This document shows positions 36,696-49,809 of a stretch of 64,000 nucleotides of DNA, piece after piece; position 1 is the first letter of the stretch, and the number at the start of each line of letters is the position of its first letter. This DNA comes from Candidatus Ozemobacteraceae bacterium (lineage in GTDB: Bacteria; Muiribacteriota; Ozemobacteria; Ozemobacterales; Ozemobacteraceae): assembly GCA_965140445.1 (NCBI GenBank), contig OZ223236.1:448001-512000 (forward strand), read 5' to 3'. The notes under the pieces were generated by a model, which made no database searches, had not been told where the DNA came from, and saw only the letters and a list, made by a program, of their open reading frames with translations. The position numbers and the translations under genes were made by a program.

Positions 36696-38399
36696 TTACT
36701 TATCGATTTTAACGATTTCCCCACCAAAAACTTCAACTGCATCTGCAATAGATGGCTTTGCCAACAATTTTTGCCGAACTTCTTCATCAATTCTGGCTAT
36801 TTCTTCTTGATGAGACACTATTCTTTTTGGGGAATCATTCAGACTGTTTTTTTTTTCGTTAGTCGGATTAACAACCACTACAGAGTTAATTTCACCAAAC
36901 ACTTCCTTGGCAACAGCAAGAAGCAATGCATAATTCTTTTCTTCTTTGAGTCTTTTAACGGCAAAATCCTGAGATAATGCCAGTTTTAGGCAACCGTCCT
37001 CAATACCAACCATTTTTGCGCTTACTAACAATGCAGAACAAATTTTCGATCTTGATCCCAGGGCATTTTTAAACCTTGAAAATGGATCATTCGAAGGAAC
37101 CTCTTCGGGAATAAAAGCAGGAGGTGGAGCCTCTTCTGCAAAAGAAGAAATTCTGGGACTAACATGTTTGGTGGCTGCTGGCCTATTACCTTTTCTGGCT
37201 AGTTGTGAAATTTTAACCTCAAGCTCGCAAATCCTTTTTTCCAAGGCCTCTACTTCGAAGAATTTTTCACCTTGAGCTAATTTTACAAGTTCGGTTTCCA
37301 ATAAAATCTTGGAATGAAAAGAACTTTTTAGCCGCATCAGAACAGATTCTAGTCTTGTTACCGAATGAATTAAATGCTCAAGCTTAACAGATTGAATCTG
37401 CTGCAAAATATCGGCAACCTGTTCGTCAGGAATTGTAAGAACTCTATCTATTTTAGGGTCAATCTTGAGGACCATGCATCTTCTGAAATACTCCAGCAAG
37501 TCTTTGCCAATAGTTCCAGGTTCATAGCCCTTTGAAAAAAGGTTTCCCAAATCTTTAATTAAATTTGCCAGTTCGTTTTTAAAAACACTTTGAGCAATTC
37601 TGAACATTGCTGAATGACCTAGCCTTCTGGTCATCTCTAAAACAAATTCTGTTTCAATTTTCTCCCCGGTTGAGGAAGAAGAAATTTGATCTAACAGACT
37701 TAAAGCATCCCTAAAACCACCCTGAGCGCTTTCTGCTATTGCTGAAAGAGCCTCAGATTCAAAATCAGGAAAACTTCCGTCACCACTTTCTTTTTCCATT
37801 TTTATAATTTCTTCCAGGCGTTTTTTGATTACAACGCTAGAAACAGAATGAAAATCAAAACACTGACATCTCGAAATAATGGTAGCCGGAACCTTTTGTG
37901 GATCTGTTGTAGCCAGGATAAATAAAATATTTTCCGGCGGTTCCTCAAGAGTTTTAAGAAAAGCATTAAAAGCAGATCCAGAAAGCATATGAACTTCGTC
38001 AATAATATAAACCTTATACTTTCCTTCAACAGGCTTATACTTAACTTTTTCTCTCATCTGCCTGATATCTTCAACGCCATTGTTGCTGGCGGCGTCAATT
38101 TCGATGATATCCATAAAATTGAGTTCTTCAATTCTCTGGCAGTTATCACATTTGCCACAAGCATCAAGAAGCCCTTCATCTATTTTTACAGGCGCAACAC
38201 AATTTAAGATCTTGGCTAATAGCCTGGCAGCTGAAGTTTTACCAGTACCGCGTGGCCCTGAAAACATGTAAGCATGGGATATACGACCAGTTGCAACAGC
38301 CGCCTGCAGAGTTTTTACAATGTGCTTCTGTCCAGAAAGATCAGCAAAAGTCTGTGGTCGATACTTTCGATACAGATTTTGCCTGGCTGGTAAACTCAT
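36696..38399 (-). CDS. dnaX: DNA polymerase III subunit gamma/tau
   Basis: LYRKYRPQTF, GPRGTGKT, EIDAASNNG, IIDEVHMLS..AFNA.LKTLEEPP, SRCQ. Confidence 0.97.
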   Translation of the reverse strand: MSLPARQNLYRKYRPQTFADLSGQKHIVKTLQAAVATGRISHAYMFSGPRGTGKTSAARLLAKILNCVAPVKIDEGLLDACGKCDNCQRIEELNFMDIIEIDAASNNGVEDIRQMREKVKYKPVEGKYKVYIIDEVHMLSGSAFNAFLKTLEEPPENILFILATTDPQKVPATIISRCQCFDFHSVSSVVIKKRLEEIIKMEKESGDGSFPDFESEALSAIAESAQGGFRDALSLLDQISSSSTGEKIETEFVLEMTRRLGHSAMFRIAQSVFKNELANLIKDLGNLFSKGYEPGTIGKDLLEYFRRCMVLKIDPKIDRVLTIPDEQVADILQQIQSVKLEHLIHSVTRLESVLMRLKSSFHSKILLETELVKLAQGEKFFEVEALEKRICELEVKISQLARKGNRPAATKHVSPRISSFAEEAPPPAFIPEEVPSNDPFSRFKNALGSRSKICSALLVSAKMVGIEDGCLKLALSQDFAVKRLKEEKNYALLLAVAKEVFGEINSVVVVNPTNEKKNSLNDSPKRIVSHQEEIARIDEEVRQKLLAKPSIADAVEVFGGEIVKIDK

Positions 38400-38504
38400 T
38401 AAAAAAGAACTCCAGATGAAATTTCGGATTACTATTTGTAACCCTTTTTGAGAATAAAATCAAATTGGACTAAAACAAAAAAAACCCAGATTAGTGGGTT
38501 ATAA

Positions 38505-38774
<270 letters not shown>

Positions 38775-38776
38775 AA

Positions 38777-38864
38777 CGGAAAGGGCGGGATTCGAACCCG
38801 CGGTGGAGTTGCCCCCACGCACGCTTTCCAAGCGTGTGCCTTCGACCAACTCAGCCACCTTTCC
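38777..38864 (-). tRNA. tRNA-Ser(GGA)
   Basis: Anticodon arm CACGC-TTGGAAA-GCGTG; long variable arm. Confidence 0.95.
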
Positions 38865-38911
38865 AATAAAAGTGGAAATTCTACGGGAGGAAGCCCTCTC
38901 ATAAAATTAAT

Positions 38912-38986
38912 CGCGCCCGAGAGGACTCGAACCTCTGGCCCCCAGATCCGCAATCTGGTGCTCTATCCAAACTGAGCTACGGGCGC
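38912..38986 (-). tRNA. tRNA-Arg(GCG)
   Basis: Anticodon arm CCAGA-TTGCGGA-TCTGG. Confidence 0.95.
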
Positions 38987-38994
38987 ATTTGCCT

Positions 38995-39083
38995 CGGAGA
39001 GAGGGGGATTCGAACCCCCGGTACCAGTTACCCAGTACGACAGTTTAGCAAACTGTTGGTTTAAGCCACTCACCCATCTCTCC
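38995..39083 (-). tRNA. tRNA-Ser(GCT)
   Basis: Anticodon arm ACAGT-TTGCTAA-ACTGT; long variable arm. Confidence 0.95.
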
Positions 39084-39091
39084 AAGATCGG

Positions 39092-39174
39092 CGGAGGAAG
39101 TAGGATTCGAACCCACGGATCTTTCGATCAACGGTTTTCAAGACCGCCGCTTTCGACCACTCAGCCATTCCTCC
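39092..39174 (-). tRNA. tRNA-Ser(TGA)
   Basis: Anticodon arm GCGGT-CTTGAAA-ACCGT; variable arm GATCGAAAGATC. Confidence 0.95.
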
Positions 39175-39253
39175 AGTGTGTTGTCTAAAATATCATATGT
39201 ACAAGAGAAAATCAACAATTTATGCAAAAACAATGGAAATTTTTTGTAATTTT

Positions 39254-39610
39254 TTAGTTCAAAGGCTTTGGGTCTGAAGCAATCGCAGATTGATTCTGCT
39301 TTTTATCATTAATAGTGTAAATAACCAGTTCTTCAGGTTTAACCAATCCCAGCCTTTCTCTTGCTAGTCTCTCTATGCCTTCAGGTGTGGAAAGCATTTC
39401 TAAATTCTGTTTTAAATTTCTATTTTCACGTTCAAGTGATTCAATTTTTTCTTTAAGTTCAGCTTCTCTTTGAAGAAGATTCCTTATGTTGTTATATCTA
39501 ACCAGATATGTAACTGAAAGTGCGATGCAAAAAACCACAGAGAGGATAAACATAATTTCTGTGGAGAATCTGACTCTTTTTCTTTTGGTTGTTTTCTTTT
39601 CTTCAGTCAT
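39254..39610 (-). CDS. Septum formation initiator, DivIC/FtsB family
   Basis: TM helix, coiled coil and IERLARERLGLVKPEE. Confidence 0.88.
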   Translation of the reverse strand: MTEEKKTTKRKRVRFSTEIMFILSVVFCIALSVTYLVRYNNIRNLLQREAELKEKIESLERENRNLKQNLEMLSTPEGIERLARERLGLVKPEELVIYTINDKKQNQSAIASDPKPLN

Positions 39611-39658
39611 TTTTTTGCTCTTACGCGTAAATTAATGGAGAATTCAAGCTAATAAATA

Positions 39659-39691
39659 AAAAGCCAGGCAGCTCTTTTAAAGCTGCCTGGC
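39659..39691 (-). terminator. Intrinsic terminator after gyrA
   Basis: GCCAGGCAGC / GCTGCCTGGC stem with T-tract on the minus strand. Confidence 0.8.
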
Positions 39692-39697
39692 AATTCA

Positions 39698-42409
39698 TTA
39701 GTCTGCTTTTTCTTCAGATGCAGGAATTCTAACAACAGATATTAGTTTGTCATCAGAATCCAGGGTGATTAGTTTAACACCGGATGCAGCTCTACCAGTA
39801 TTTCTAACAGAGTCAGCATTCATTCTTACCACTTTACCTGAAGTAGTAACAATCATAAGTTCATCGCCTTCAAACATACGTTTAATAGCAAGAACATCAC
39901 CAGTTTTATCCATAATCTTGAGATTAATAACGCCTTTACCGCCTCTATGAGTAACGCGATAATCATTTATATCAGTTTGTTTTCCATAACCTAGCTCAGA
40001 AACAGTGAGAATTTTACCATTATACAGGTTATGATCCTCAACTTCTCCTTCAACAGGCTCTGAATCAGCATCATTAGATGTTTCAACAACATCTTCTGCT
40101 ATTTCCTGATTTTCTGGTGACTCAACAACTTCAACTTGAACGGCCTCGGCCATTACAACTTCCATATTTGAATCGGATTCGGCGTTTTCAATTTCTTCAG
40201 CAACCTGCCTGTCTGCTTCGGTAAGTTTACTGAAAACTTCCATACCAATGATTTCATCGTTTTTGTCGCGGAAAGTTATCGCTTTAACACCTCTAGCTGC
40301 TCTTCCCATAACCCTTACTTCGTCTTCACAGAATCTGATTGCATAACCTTTCTTAGTAGCAACAACAACCTGCTCGCCACCAAAAATTGGTTTAGCACTG
40401 ACAAGTTCATCGCCGTCATCAAGGTTTATTGCAATAATTCCTTTAGCTTTTGGTCTTGAGAAAGCTTCAAGCATAACCATCTTACAAATGCCTTTTTTGG
40501 TAATCATAAATACGCGACGTACATCATCGAATTTTCTGATTGGCATTAATGCAGTAATAATTTCGTCTTCCTGCAACTGTAGTAGGTTAACAATGGCTCT
40601 TCCACTTGCCTGGCGGCCACCTTCAGGAATCTGATATCCCTTAATCCAATGAACCTTACCAATAGAAGTAAATACCATCAAGAAAGAGTGGGTTGTAGCA
40701 AGGAACATGCTTTCGATAACATCATCTTCCCTGACGCCCATCACCGAGCTGCCTTTTCCGCCTCTTCTGATTTGTCTGAATGCATCTGGAGACATTCTCT
40801 TAATGAAACCATTTTTGGTTACAGTAATAATAATATCTTCTTCCTGCATGAGATCTTCCATATCTATTCTTTCAGCTGAGGTTCTAGAAATTACCGATCT
40901 TCTATCATCGCCATATTTAGCCTGGATTTCTAAAAGCTCTTCTTTAATAATCTCACGAATTTTTTCATCAGATTCAAGAATACCTTTCAGTTTCTGGATC
41001 AAAGCCAATGTGTCATGATAATCAGCAACAATTTTGTCGCGTTCAAGACCAGTTAATCTATGAAGTCTCATCTCCAGAATAGCTTGAGCCTGTTTTTCGG
41101 AAAGCATGAACGTTTCCATCAGGCCATTCTTTGCTTCCAGTGCGTTTGGAGATTCTTTAATAAGTTGGATTACAGCATCAAGGTTATCAAGAGCTATAGT
41201 CAAACCTTCAAGAATATGAGCTTTTTCTTCTGCTTTTCTAAGTTGGAATTCTGTTCTTCTTCTAATGATTTCACGACAATGGTTCACGTAATGTTCCATT
41301 AAAGGCTTCAAGCCAAGAACATGCGGTCTATTGTCTATCAAAACAAGATTTATTACACCAAAGCTAGATTGCATCTGGGTGTGTCTGTAAAGCTGATTTA
41401 AAACTACGTCTGTATTAGTCCCTTTTCTAAGTTCAATACAAACTCTCATACCTTCGCGGCTGGATTCATCACGAAGATCGGTAATTCCATCAATTTTTTT
41501 ATCCTTGATTAAATCCGCTATAGATTTAACAAGTCTAGCTTTATTAACCTGGTAAGGAAGCTCTTTAACAATGATTCTATCCTTACCTTTATTGAATTCT
41601 TCAATTTCTACAACAGATCTCATTACAACGCTACCGCGTCCAGTTCTGTATGCAGAGTCGATTCCGTCAGTTCCCATGATGATTGCACCTGTTGGGAAAT
41701 CTGGGCCTGGAACTGATTCCATTAATTCTTCAATGGTAATTTCAGGGTTATCAATTAATCTAACGATTCCCTCAATTACTTCTCTTAAGTTGTGTGGTGG
41801 CATGTTTGTAGCCATACCAACCGCAATACCAGAAGAACCGTTTACCAGAAGATTTGGGAATTTGCTTGGAAGAACCAGAGGCTCGTTCAAAGAACCATCA
41901 AAGTTTGGCATCCAATCAACAGTTTCTTGATCCAAATCGCGGAGCAATTCTTCAGCAAGAGATTTAAGGCGAGCTTCTGTGTAACGCATTGCCGCAGCAG
42001 AATCGCCATCAATCGAACCGAAGTTTCCATGACCATCAATCAAAGGATATCTTAAACTGAAATCCTGGGCCATACGAACCATAGTGTCATAAACGGCAGA
42101 ATCACCATGTGGATGATACTTACCCAAAACTTCCCCAACCGTTCTAGCGGATTTCACAAACGCTTTTTTGCTTGTGAATCCCTGATCAAACATTGCGTAT
42201 AATACGCGTCTGTGAACAGGCTTTAATCCATCTCTAACGTCAGGAAGAGCTCTACCTACGATTACACTCATCGCATAATCAAGGTAAGATGATTTCATAT
42301 CATCTTCAATGTTTACATAAGTTACGCCTGTAGGTGGCGGCGGTGGTGGCGGTGGAGATGCAGGAACTCCGCCATTTTCTTCCATTGGAAGATCATTATT
42401 GCTATCCAT
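39698..42409 (-). CDS. gyrA: DNA gyrase subunit A
   Basis: [38 protein letters not shown], GyrA-box-like QIRRGGKG, beta-pinwheel CTD. Confidence 0.97.
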   Translation of the reverse strand: MDSNNDLPMEENGGVPASPPPPPPPPTGVTYVNIEDDMKSSYLDYAMSVIVGRALPDVRDGLKPVHRRVLYAMFDQGFTSKKAFVKSARTVGEVLGKYHPHGDSAVYDTMVRMAQDFSLRYPLIDGHGNFGSIDGDSAAAMRYTEARLKSLAEELLRDLDQETVDWMPNFDGSLNEPLVLPSKFPNLLVNGSSGIAVGMATNMPPHNLREVIEGIVRLIDNPEITIEELMESVPGPDFPTGAIIMGTDGIDSAYRTGRGSVVMRSVVEIEEFNKGKDRIIVKELPYQVNKARLVKSIADLIKDKKIDGITDLRDESSREGMRVCIELRKGTNTDVVLNQLYRHTQMQSSFGVINLVLIDNRPHVLGLKPLMEHYVNHCREIIRRRTEFQLRKAEEKAHILEGLTIALDNLDAVIQLIKESPNALEAKNGLMETFMLSEKQAQAILEMRLHRLTGLERDKIVADYHDTLALIQKLKGILESDEKIREIIKEELLEIQAKYGDDRRSVISRTSAERIDMEDLMQEEDIIITVTKNGFIKRMSPDAFRQIRRGGKGSSVMGVREDDVIESMFLATTHSFLMVFTSIGKVHWIKGYQIPEGGRQASGRAIVNLLQLQEDEIITALMPIRKFDDVRRVFMITKKGICKMVMLEAFSRPKAKGIIAINLDDGDELVSAKPIFGGEQVVVATKKGYAIRFCEDEVRVMGRAARGVKAITFRDKNDEIIGMEVFSKLTEADRQVAEEIENAESDSNMEVVMAEAVQVEVVESPENQEIAEDVVETSNDADSEPVEGEVEDHNLYNGKILTVSELGYGKQTDINDYRVTHRGGKGVINLKIMDKTGDVLAIKRMFEGDELMIVTTSGKVVRMNADSVRNTGRAASGVKLITLDSDDKLISVVRIPASEEKAD

Positions 42410-42432
42410 TAAGGCAACCTCTTATTCTATTT

Positions 42433-44764
<2,332 letters not shown>

Positions 44765-44765
<1 letters not shown>

Positions 44766-45724
44766 TAAACTTCAGCTCCTGAGATTTTTAAAAACTCCAG
44801 CCATCTTATATCCAAAATCTGGCTATCGGTTAAATTATCTGGGTCTACTTCTGCAGGGCTACATCCAGCATCCAAAACTACGGCTTTAACTATTTCTTTT
44901 TTCATTTCTGAGGCTGTTTTGGCATCAAAAGCAGCTGAAATCTGCAAAGCATAAATTTCAATCTGATCTAAACAATCATCCAACAATTCTGTCTTGATAA
45001 GATCAAATTCTACTTTTCTAAGATCGGGTAAAAACCTTTTTGCTTCGTCAAAATTAATCCATGGCTGATCCAGAACCATACTTCTAGTTTTGATAAGAGT
45101 CTCTTTTGAGTCATTATGAATGCAAACAGCACAAATTCCATCAGGAAGTTTTGTCATGTTTGCGCTGCATTTTTGACACATCATAAATCCTTGTTCTTTT
45201 AAACCTTTAACTCTTGCACTTAACTTTTTCTGACAAGAATTAATCTTTTTTAATAAATCAGTATCTGCTATTTCAGGAAGCTTAATATCCTCTTCCTTTG
45301 TCCAGTCTGGCCAGTTAATATAATCAGGTAGAAGACTAAGTTCTTCTGGTAGCTTGCCCACCCTTCCCTGAATATCTTTAATATTCATTTCAGGAAACTT
45401 TTTCTGAAGTTTTTTAAGCAATTCATGTTTTAAAAAAACAAGAGTCTGCATCCACTGACTATCAGAAACAGCTAATGTAAGCCTTCCCTGGTAAAGTCTG
45501 GTGGGGCATGTTTTGCTTGCCAGCTGAATTCCAGCTATTTCTCTCCATGAATGAACAAGCTTTCCAAGAACAACCATTTCTTTGCCAGAAAGAATAAAAC
45601 GAGTTTGGGAACCACTGTCACCCTGCTTGTAACTCTTTTCCCTGATCTGTGTTAAAGCCTTAACCAGAGTATTTTTTACATAAGCGATTTTTGGTTTACG
45701 TTTTGTTTGTTTCCTGGCTACCAT
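44765..45724 (-). CDS. DUF721 (DciA-like) protein with Zn-ribbon extension
   Basis: W.EIAG..LA..T.P......L..AV.DS.W.Q.L......LL.KL; CQKC and CAVC; located between dnaA and gyrB. Confidence 0.8.
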
Positions 45725-45968
45725 TCTTATCTATAACTACCTGTCTCTATAGAGAGTAAACGTTTTTGGATTAATCCGGCTTTAATAGCCTGTTTGGCTA
45801 AAAAAGACAAAATCAACCACTCCATATTATAATGGGGTGAATTATTTTAACTTAAAACAGTTAATTTTTCAAGTGATTATGCAGTTTTCAGCCTTATTTC
45901 AGGCAAAAAAAGAATTCCCTCCGGAAATAAAAATTATTATCCAGAGGGAATTTGCTTTTTTATAGGGA

Positions 45969-47372
45969 CTATTGCTTTTCTGGGTCTACAAATCTTTTTA
46001 CTCTTTCAAATTCATCTGCAAAAAATTTATCTTTTTTAATCTTTCCATTTATTTTATCGCACGAATGCATAACAGTTGTATGATCCCTTCCGCCAAATTT
46101 ATCGCCAATCTGGTTCAATGAGGAATCAGTAAACAACTGACATAACTTCATAGCAATCTGTCTTGGTAAAACCAGATTCTGAGATCTTCTTTTACCAACC
46201 ATTTCATCTACAGATATTTCATAAAACTCAGCAACTCTTTGTTGAATCCATGAAATATTAATCTTCCCGGGTCCTGAGTCGCGAAGAAAATCTTTTAAGA
46301 CCTGATCAATCAAATCTTTTGAGACTTTCTTACCAACAACCCCTGCGTAGGCCAAAACGCTGTTAAAAGCGCCTTCTAAGGCTCGTATGTTAGACTTTAC
46401 ACCCTGGGCAAGATACAAAATAACTTCATCTGTAACATCAACCATTGATTCACTAGCGCATCGTTTCAAAATAGCTGCTCTGGTTTCAAGGTCTGGAGGC
46501 TGTATATCAACAACAACTCCCATTGCAAATCTTGATGCCAACCTTTCTTCAAGTTTTTTGATCTTTTCTGGTGGAGCATCTGAAGTTAATACAATCTGCT
46601 TTTTTTGTTGAAAGAGTTCATTAAAAGTGTGAAAAAACTCTTCCTGGGTTTGCTCTTTTCCCGCAAAAAATTGAACATCATCAATAAGTAGAAGGTCTTT
46701 CTTTCGATATTTGGATCTGAAAGCTTCAGACTTCTTATCTTTTAAACAGTCTATGAATTCATTTGTAAAGGTTTCTGATGATAGATATGCTACTTTTGTT
46801 TTAGGATTCTTTTTTATGACTTCCTGGCCTATAGCTTGCATAAGGTGAGTTTTACCGAGACCAACTCCACCGTATATAAATACAGGGTTATGCAATTTTC
46901 CAGGGTTTTGTGTTACAGCCTGACATATAGCATGAGCAAATTGATTGCTTTTGCCAACAACGAAAGAATCAAATGAATATTTAGAATTAAACATTCCTTC
47001 ATATTTTGAAGGCATATCTTTCCCTGAATTAGCAACAATTGGCTCTGCAGTCTGCATTTGTGGTAATCCAGGTTGAACAGGTTTGTTAGCCAATTCATTA
47101 TTAGAAAAAGACGGAGAATTTTTAGACCTGGTTACAAATCTAAATTTCAAAGAGGGGTCTTCTTTTCCTAATATTCCAGAAATCATTCCACTGAATCTTT
47201 TTACAGCATAATCCCGACAAAAGTCGTTTAATGCTTCAAGAACAAAACAGTTCTCTTCGATTCCAGCGGGTTTTATTGAATCAAAAAAGACTTTAGCGCT
47301 AGCCTTTTGATTGTCGTTAGCCTCTACTTCAGCTGTTATTTTATCCCAAAGTGTTTCAATAGAAGAAATCAT
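45969..47372 (-). CDS. dnaA: Chromosomal replication initiator DnaA
   Basis: YSFDSFVVG.SN, NP.FIYGGVGLGKTHL, LLIDDVQF, FGGRDHTTVMH. ATG 47372 with AGGGG RBS; the ORF track extends to 47474. Confidence 0.97.
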   Translation of the reverse strand: MISSIETLWDKITAEVEANDNQKASAKVFFDSIKPAGIEENCFVLEALNDFCRDYAVKRFSGMISGILGKEDPSLKFRFVTRSKNSPSFSNNELANKPVQPGLPQMQTAEPIVANSGKDMPSKYEGMFNSKYSFDSFVVGKSNQFAHAICQAVTQNPGKLHNPVFIYGGVGLGKTHLMQAIGQEVIKKNPKTKVAYLSSETFTNEFIDCLKDKKSEAFRSKYRKKDLLLIDDVQFFAGKEQTQEEFFHTFNELFQQKKQIVLTSDAPPEKIKKLEERLASRFAMGVVVDIQPPDLETRAAILKRCASESMVDVTDEVILYLAQGVKSNIRALEGAFNSVLAYAGVVGKKVSKDLIDQVLKDFLRDSGPGKINISWIQQRVAEFYEISVDEMVGKRRSQNLVLPRQIAMKLCQLFTDSSLNQIGDKFGGRDHTTVMHSCDKINGKIKKDKFFADEFERVKRFVDPEKQ

Positions 47373-47499
47373 GTACAACAACCCCTGAATTATCTTTGTA
47401 CAAATAAACAAAACTCTCGATGTACACAAAAAGCGAAAAACAAGCGGGGAGTTTGTGTTTTTTTGATGGCTCAATCATAGCAGGAAAATCCTTTGTGCG

Positions 47500-47800
47500 C
47501 AAGGAAATTAACAATCAAAGTAATGATAATAGAGTGTAAAACTTGTGGAAACTATGTTGAAAATCTGTTGAAAAATAATGAGCGTTAAAAGTGTGTCTAA
47601 AAAGTGCAAAACCTAAATACCTTTTAAACAAGTTTTTCCACGATTCCAAAACCTCATTGGAAAGTCTATTGACTACCTTTTCCACTTTTCCACCGTCACT
47701 AATAATAATATTACTAAAATTTATAAATAAATTATGTACACAATTTAGTATAGCAATGTGCAAAACCCAACATTCGCGAACAAAGACAAACAAACATTAA
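47500..47800. other. Replication origin oriC
   Basis: DnaA boxes TTTTCCACG 47634, TTTTCCACT 47678 and TTTTCCACC 47686, then GTC and trio-like ACTAATAATAATATTACT and an AT-rich tract; opposite-strand boxes at 47533-47575; gene orientation flips here. Confidence 0.85.
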
Positions 47801-47913
47801 ACATCTGAAAACAACATTTAGGAATATGTTTTATAGTTTATCATTGTTTGTTGTTGACCCTTTAAATTTCTATTTGGTATACTGCACCGATTTAAAAATT
47901 AAGGGGCAAATCA

Positions 47914-48432
47914 ATGTCAAAACCCAAAGCAACGGAAATTAAGGCTGATAAGAAAAAAGCACTTGATCAGGTTATAGATATAATACAGTTTATGGGCGAA
48001 AATAAGCTAGCTGAAATAGATCTTGAAACAGCAGATATGAAGCTTTCTTTGAAAAAAAATTCCCCCCAGAATTTTGTAGCAGCTCCATCTCCGGTTTTTC
48101 ATGCTGCTCCAATTCAAGCAACACCTGTAAACCCGTCAAATAGTCCTAAACCAGCTTCTCCAAAGGTTGAAACTCCAGCAACTACAAATTATCATCAGGT
48201 AATTTCTCCTATGGCTGGAACTTTTTATCGTTCACCATCACCGACTTCTGATCCTTTTTGTAAAGAGGGAGCAGATGTAACAGAAGGGCAGACGGTATGT
48301 ATCGTTGAAGCTATGAAAATGATGAACGAAATAAAAGCTGACAAGGGTGGCAAGATTGTAAAAATTCTTGTTGAAAACGGCAAGCCAGTTGAAAAAGGAA
48401 CTGTTTTGCTCCACGTAGATCTTGGAAACTAA
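47914..48432 (+). CDS. accB: Acetyl-CoA carboxylase biotin carboxyl carrier protein
   Basis: SPMAGTFYRSPSP, IVEAMKMMNEI. Confidence 0.95.
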   Translation: MSKPKATEIKADKKKALDQVIDIIQFMGENKLAEIDLETADMKLSLKKNSPQNFVAAPSPVFHAAPIQATPVNPSNSPKPASPKVETPATTNYHQVISPMAGTFYRSPSPTSDPFCKEGADVTEGQTVCIVEAMKMMNEIKADKGGKIVKILVENGKPVEKGTVLLHVDLGN

Positions 48433-48440
48433 ATTATATT

Positions 48441-49808
48441 ATGAAATTTGATCTTATTGTTATTGGTGGCGGCCCTGGTGGATATCCACTTGCACTTCGG
48501 ATGGCTGGAAAAGGCTTAAAAGTTGCATTAGTAGATAAAGAAAGTGAATTGGGTGGAACCTGTTTAAATTGGGGATGTATTCCCACTAAAGCGCTGTTAG
48601 CTTCTGCCAAGGGTTTTCATTTTTTGAAATCCGCTGATAGCTTTGGGTTGTCACTGATAGAACCTGGATTTGACTGGTTGAAAATCCAGGAAAGAAAAGA
48701 TCAAATAGTCTCAAAACTTCGTCTTGGTATTTCTGGATTGCTAAAAAAAGCTGGCGTAACAGTATTTTACGGCGCAGCAAAAGTCTTTTCCGGTAAAAAA
48801 GTTGTAATCGATGATAAAGAAAAGTCAGAAATTACTGGTGACAAAATTTGTCTGGCAGTTGGTTCTGTTCCTGCTGCTCCGAACGTTTTTCCATCAAATC
48901 GTGAAATTTTTTGGACCAGTGACGAAGCCTTACATACAAAATCTATTCCGGGAAAACTTCTCGTTATAGGCGGCGGCGTTATTGGTATGGAGCTAGGACA
49001 GGTGTTTAATGAGTTTGGCTCTCAAGTCACCGTTGTAGAAATGCTGCCCCAGATATTAAACGGTTTAGATAGTGCTACTGCGAAAAGGTTGCTCCCGGTT
49101 TTTAAAAAAGCGGGAATGACCATTATGACTGGGAAAAAAGTGGAAAAGCTTGTTGAAAAAGATAATAAAGCTATAGCTACGATCGATAACACTGATTATG
49201 AATTCGACAAGGTTCTTATCGCTGTTGGCAGAAGAGTTAATCACAGTTTTTGCGAAGATACGGATCTAAACCTTGAGTTTGAAAATGGATTTGTAAAGGT
49301 TGATGAAAATTACGAATCAAGCGAATCTGGAATTTTTGCTATAGGCGACGCTATTAAAGGACCTATGTTAGCTCACAAAGCATCTTATGATGCAATGATT
49401 CTTTCTAAGCAATTATCAGGAGAAAGTATTAAAGCTAATTATTCTGCGGTTCCTTCATGTGTTTACACTTACCCTGAAATAGCCTGGGTTGGCAAGAGTG
49501 AAGACCAGTTAAAAGCTGAAGGTGTTTCTTATAAAACAGGTCGAAGTATGTTTGCTTCAAATGGCAAAGCTTTAACTGCTGGCGAAGGCGAAGGTCAAAT
49601 TAAAACTTTTGCCGATGATTCAGGAGAAGTTCTTGGATCTGTTATCTGGGGGCCAGAAGCTAGTAATATGATTGTTGAAGCGACCACAATGCTAAAACTT
49701 GGAATTTCCGCAAAAGAATTTTCTCAGGTTATTCATGGTCACCCCACACTTTCAGAAGCTTTTCTTGAATCGGTTGAAAGCTTAACCGGTGAAGGCGCTC
49801 ACGGCTGA
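48441..49808 (+). CDS. lpdA: Dihydrolipoyl dehydrogenase
   Basis: IGGGPGGY, GGTCLNWGCIPTK, GGGVIGME, MLAHKA, HPTLSE. Confidence 0.93.
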   Translation: MKFDLIVIGGGPGGYPLALRMAGKGLKVALVDKESELGGTCLNWGCIPTKALLASAKGFHFLKSADSFGLSLIEPGFDWLKIQERKDQIVSKLRLGISGLLKKAGVTVFYGAAKVFSGKKVVIDDKEKSEITGDKICLAVGSVPAAPNVFPSNREIFWTSDEALHTKSIPGKLLVIGGGVIGMELGQVFNEFGSQVTVVEMLPQILNGLDSATAKRLLPVFKKAGMTIMTGKKVEKLVEKDNKAIATIDNTDYEFDKVLIAVGRRVNHSFCEDTDLNLEFENGFVKVDENYESSESGIFAIGDAIKGPMLAHKASYDAMILSKQLSGESIKANYSAVPSCVYTYPEIAWVGKSEDQLKAEGVSYKTGRSMFASNGKALTAGEGEGQIKTFADDSGEVLGSVIWGPEASNMIVEATTMLKLGISAKEFSQVIHGHPTLSEAFLESVESLTGEGAHG

Positions 49809-49809
49809 A

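Noticed and set aside
47515..47800. ORFs in the oriC region and at 36340-36540
   Set aside because: AT-rich DnaA-box regions giving translations without protein-like features.
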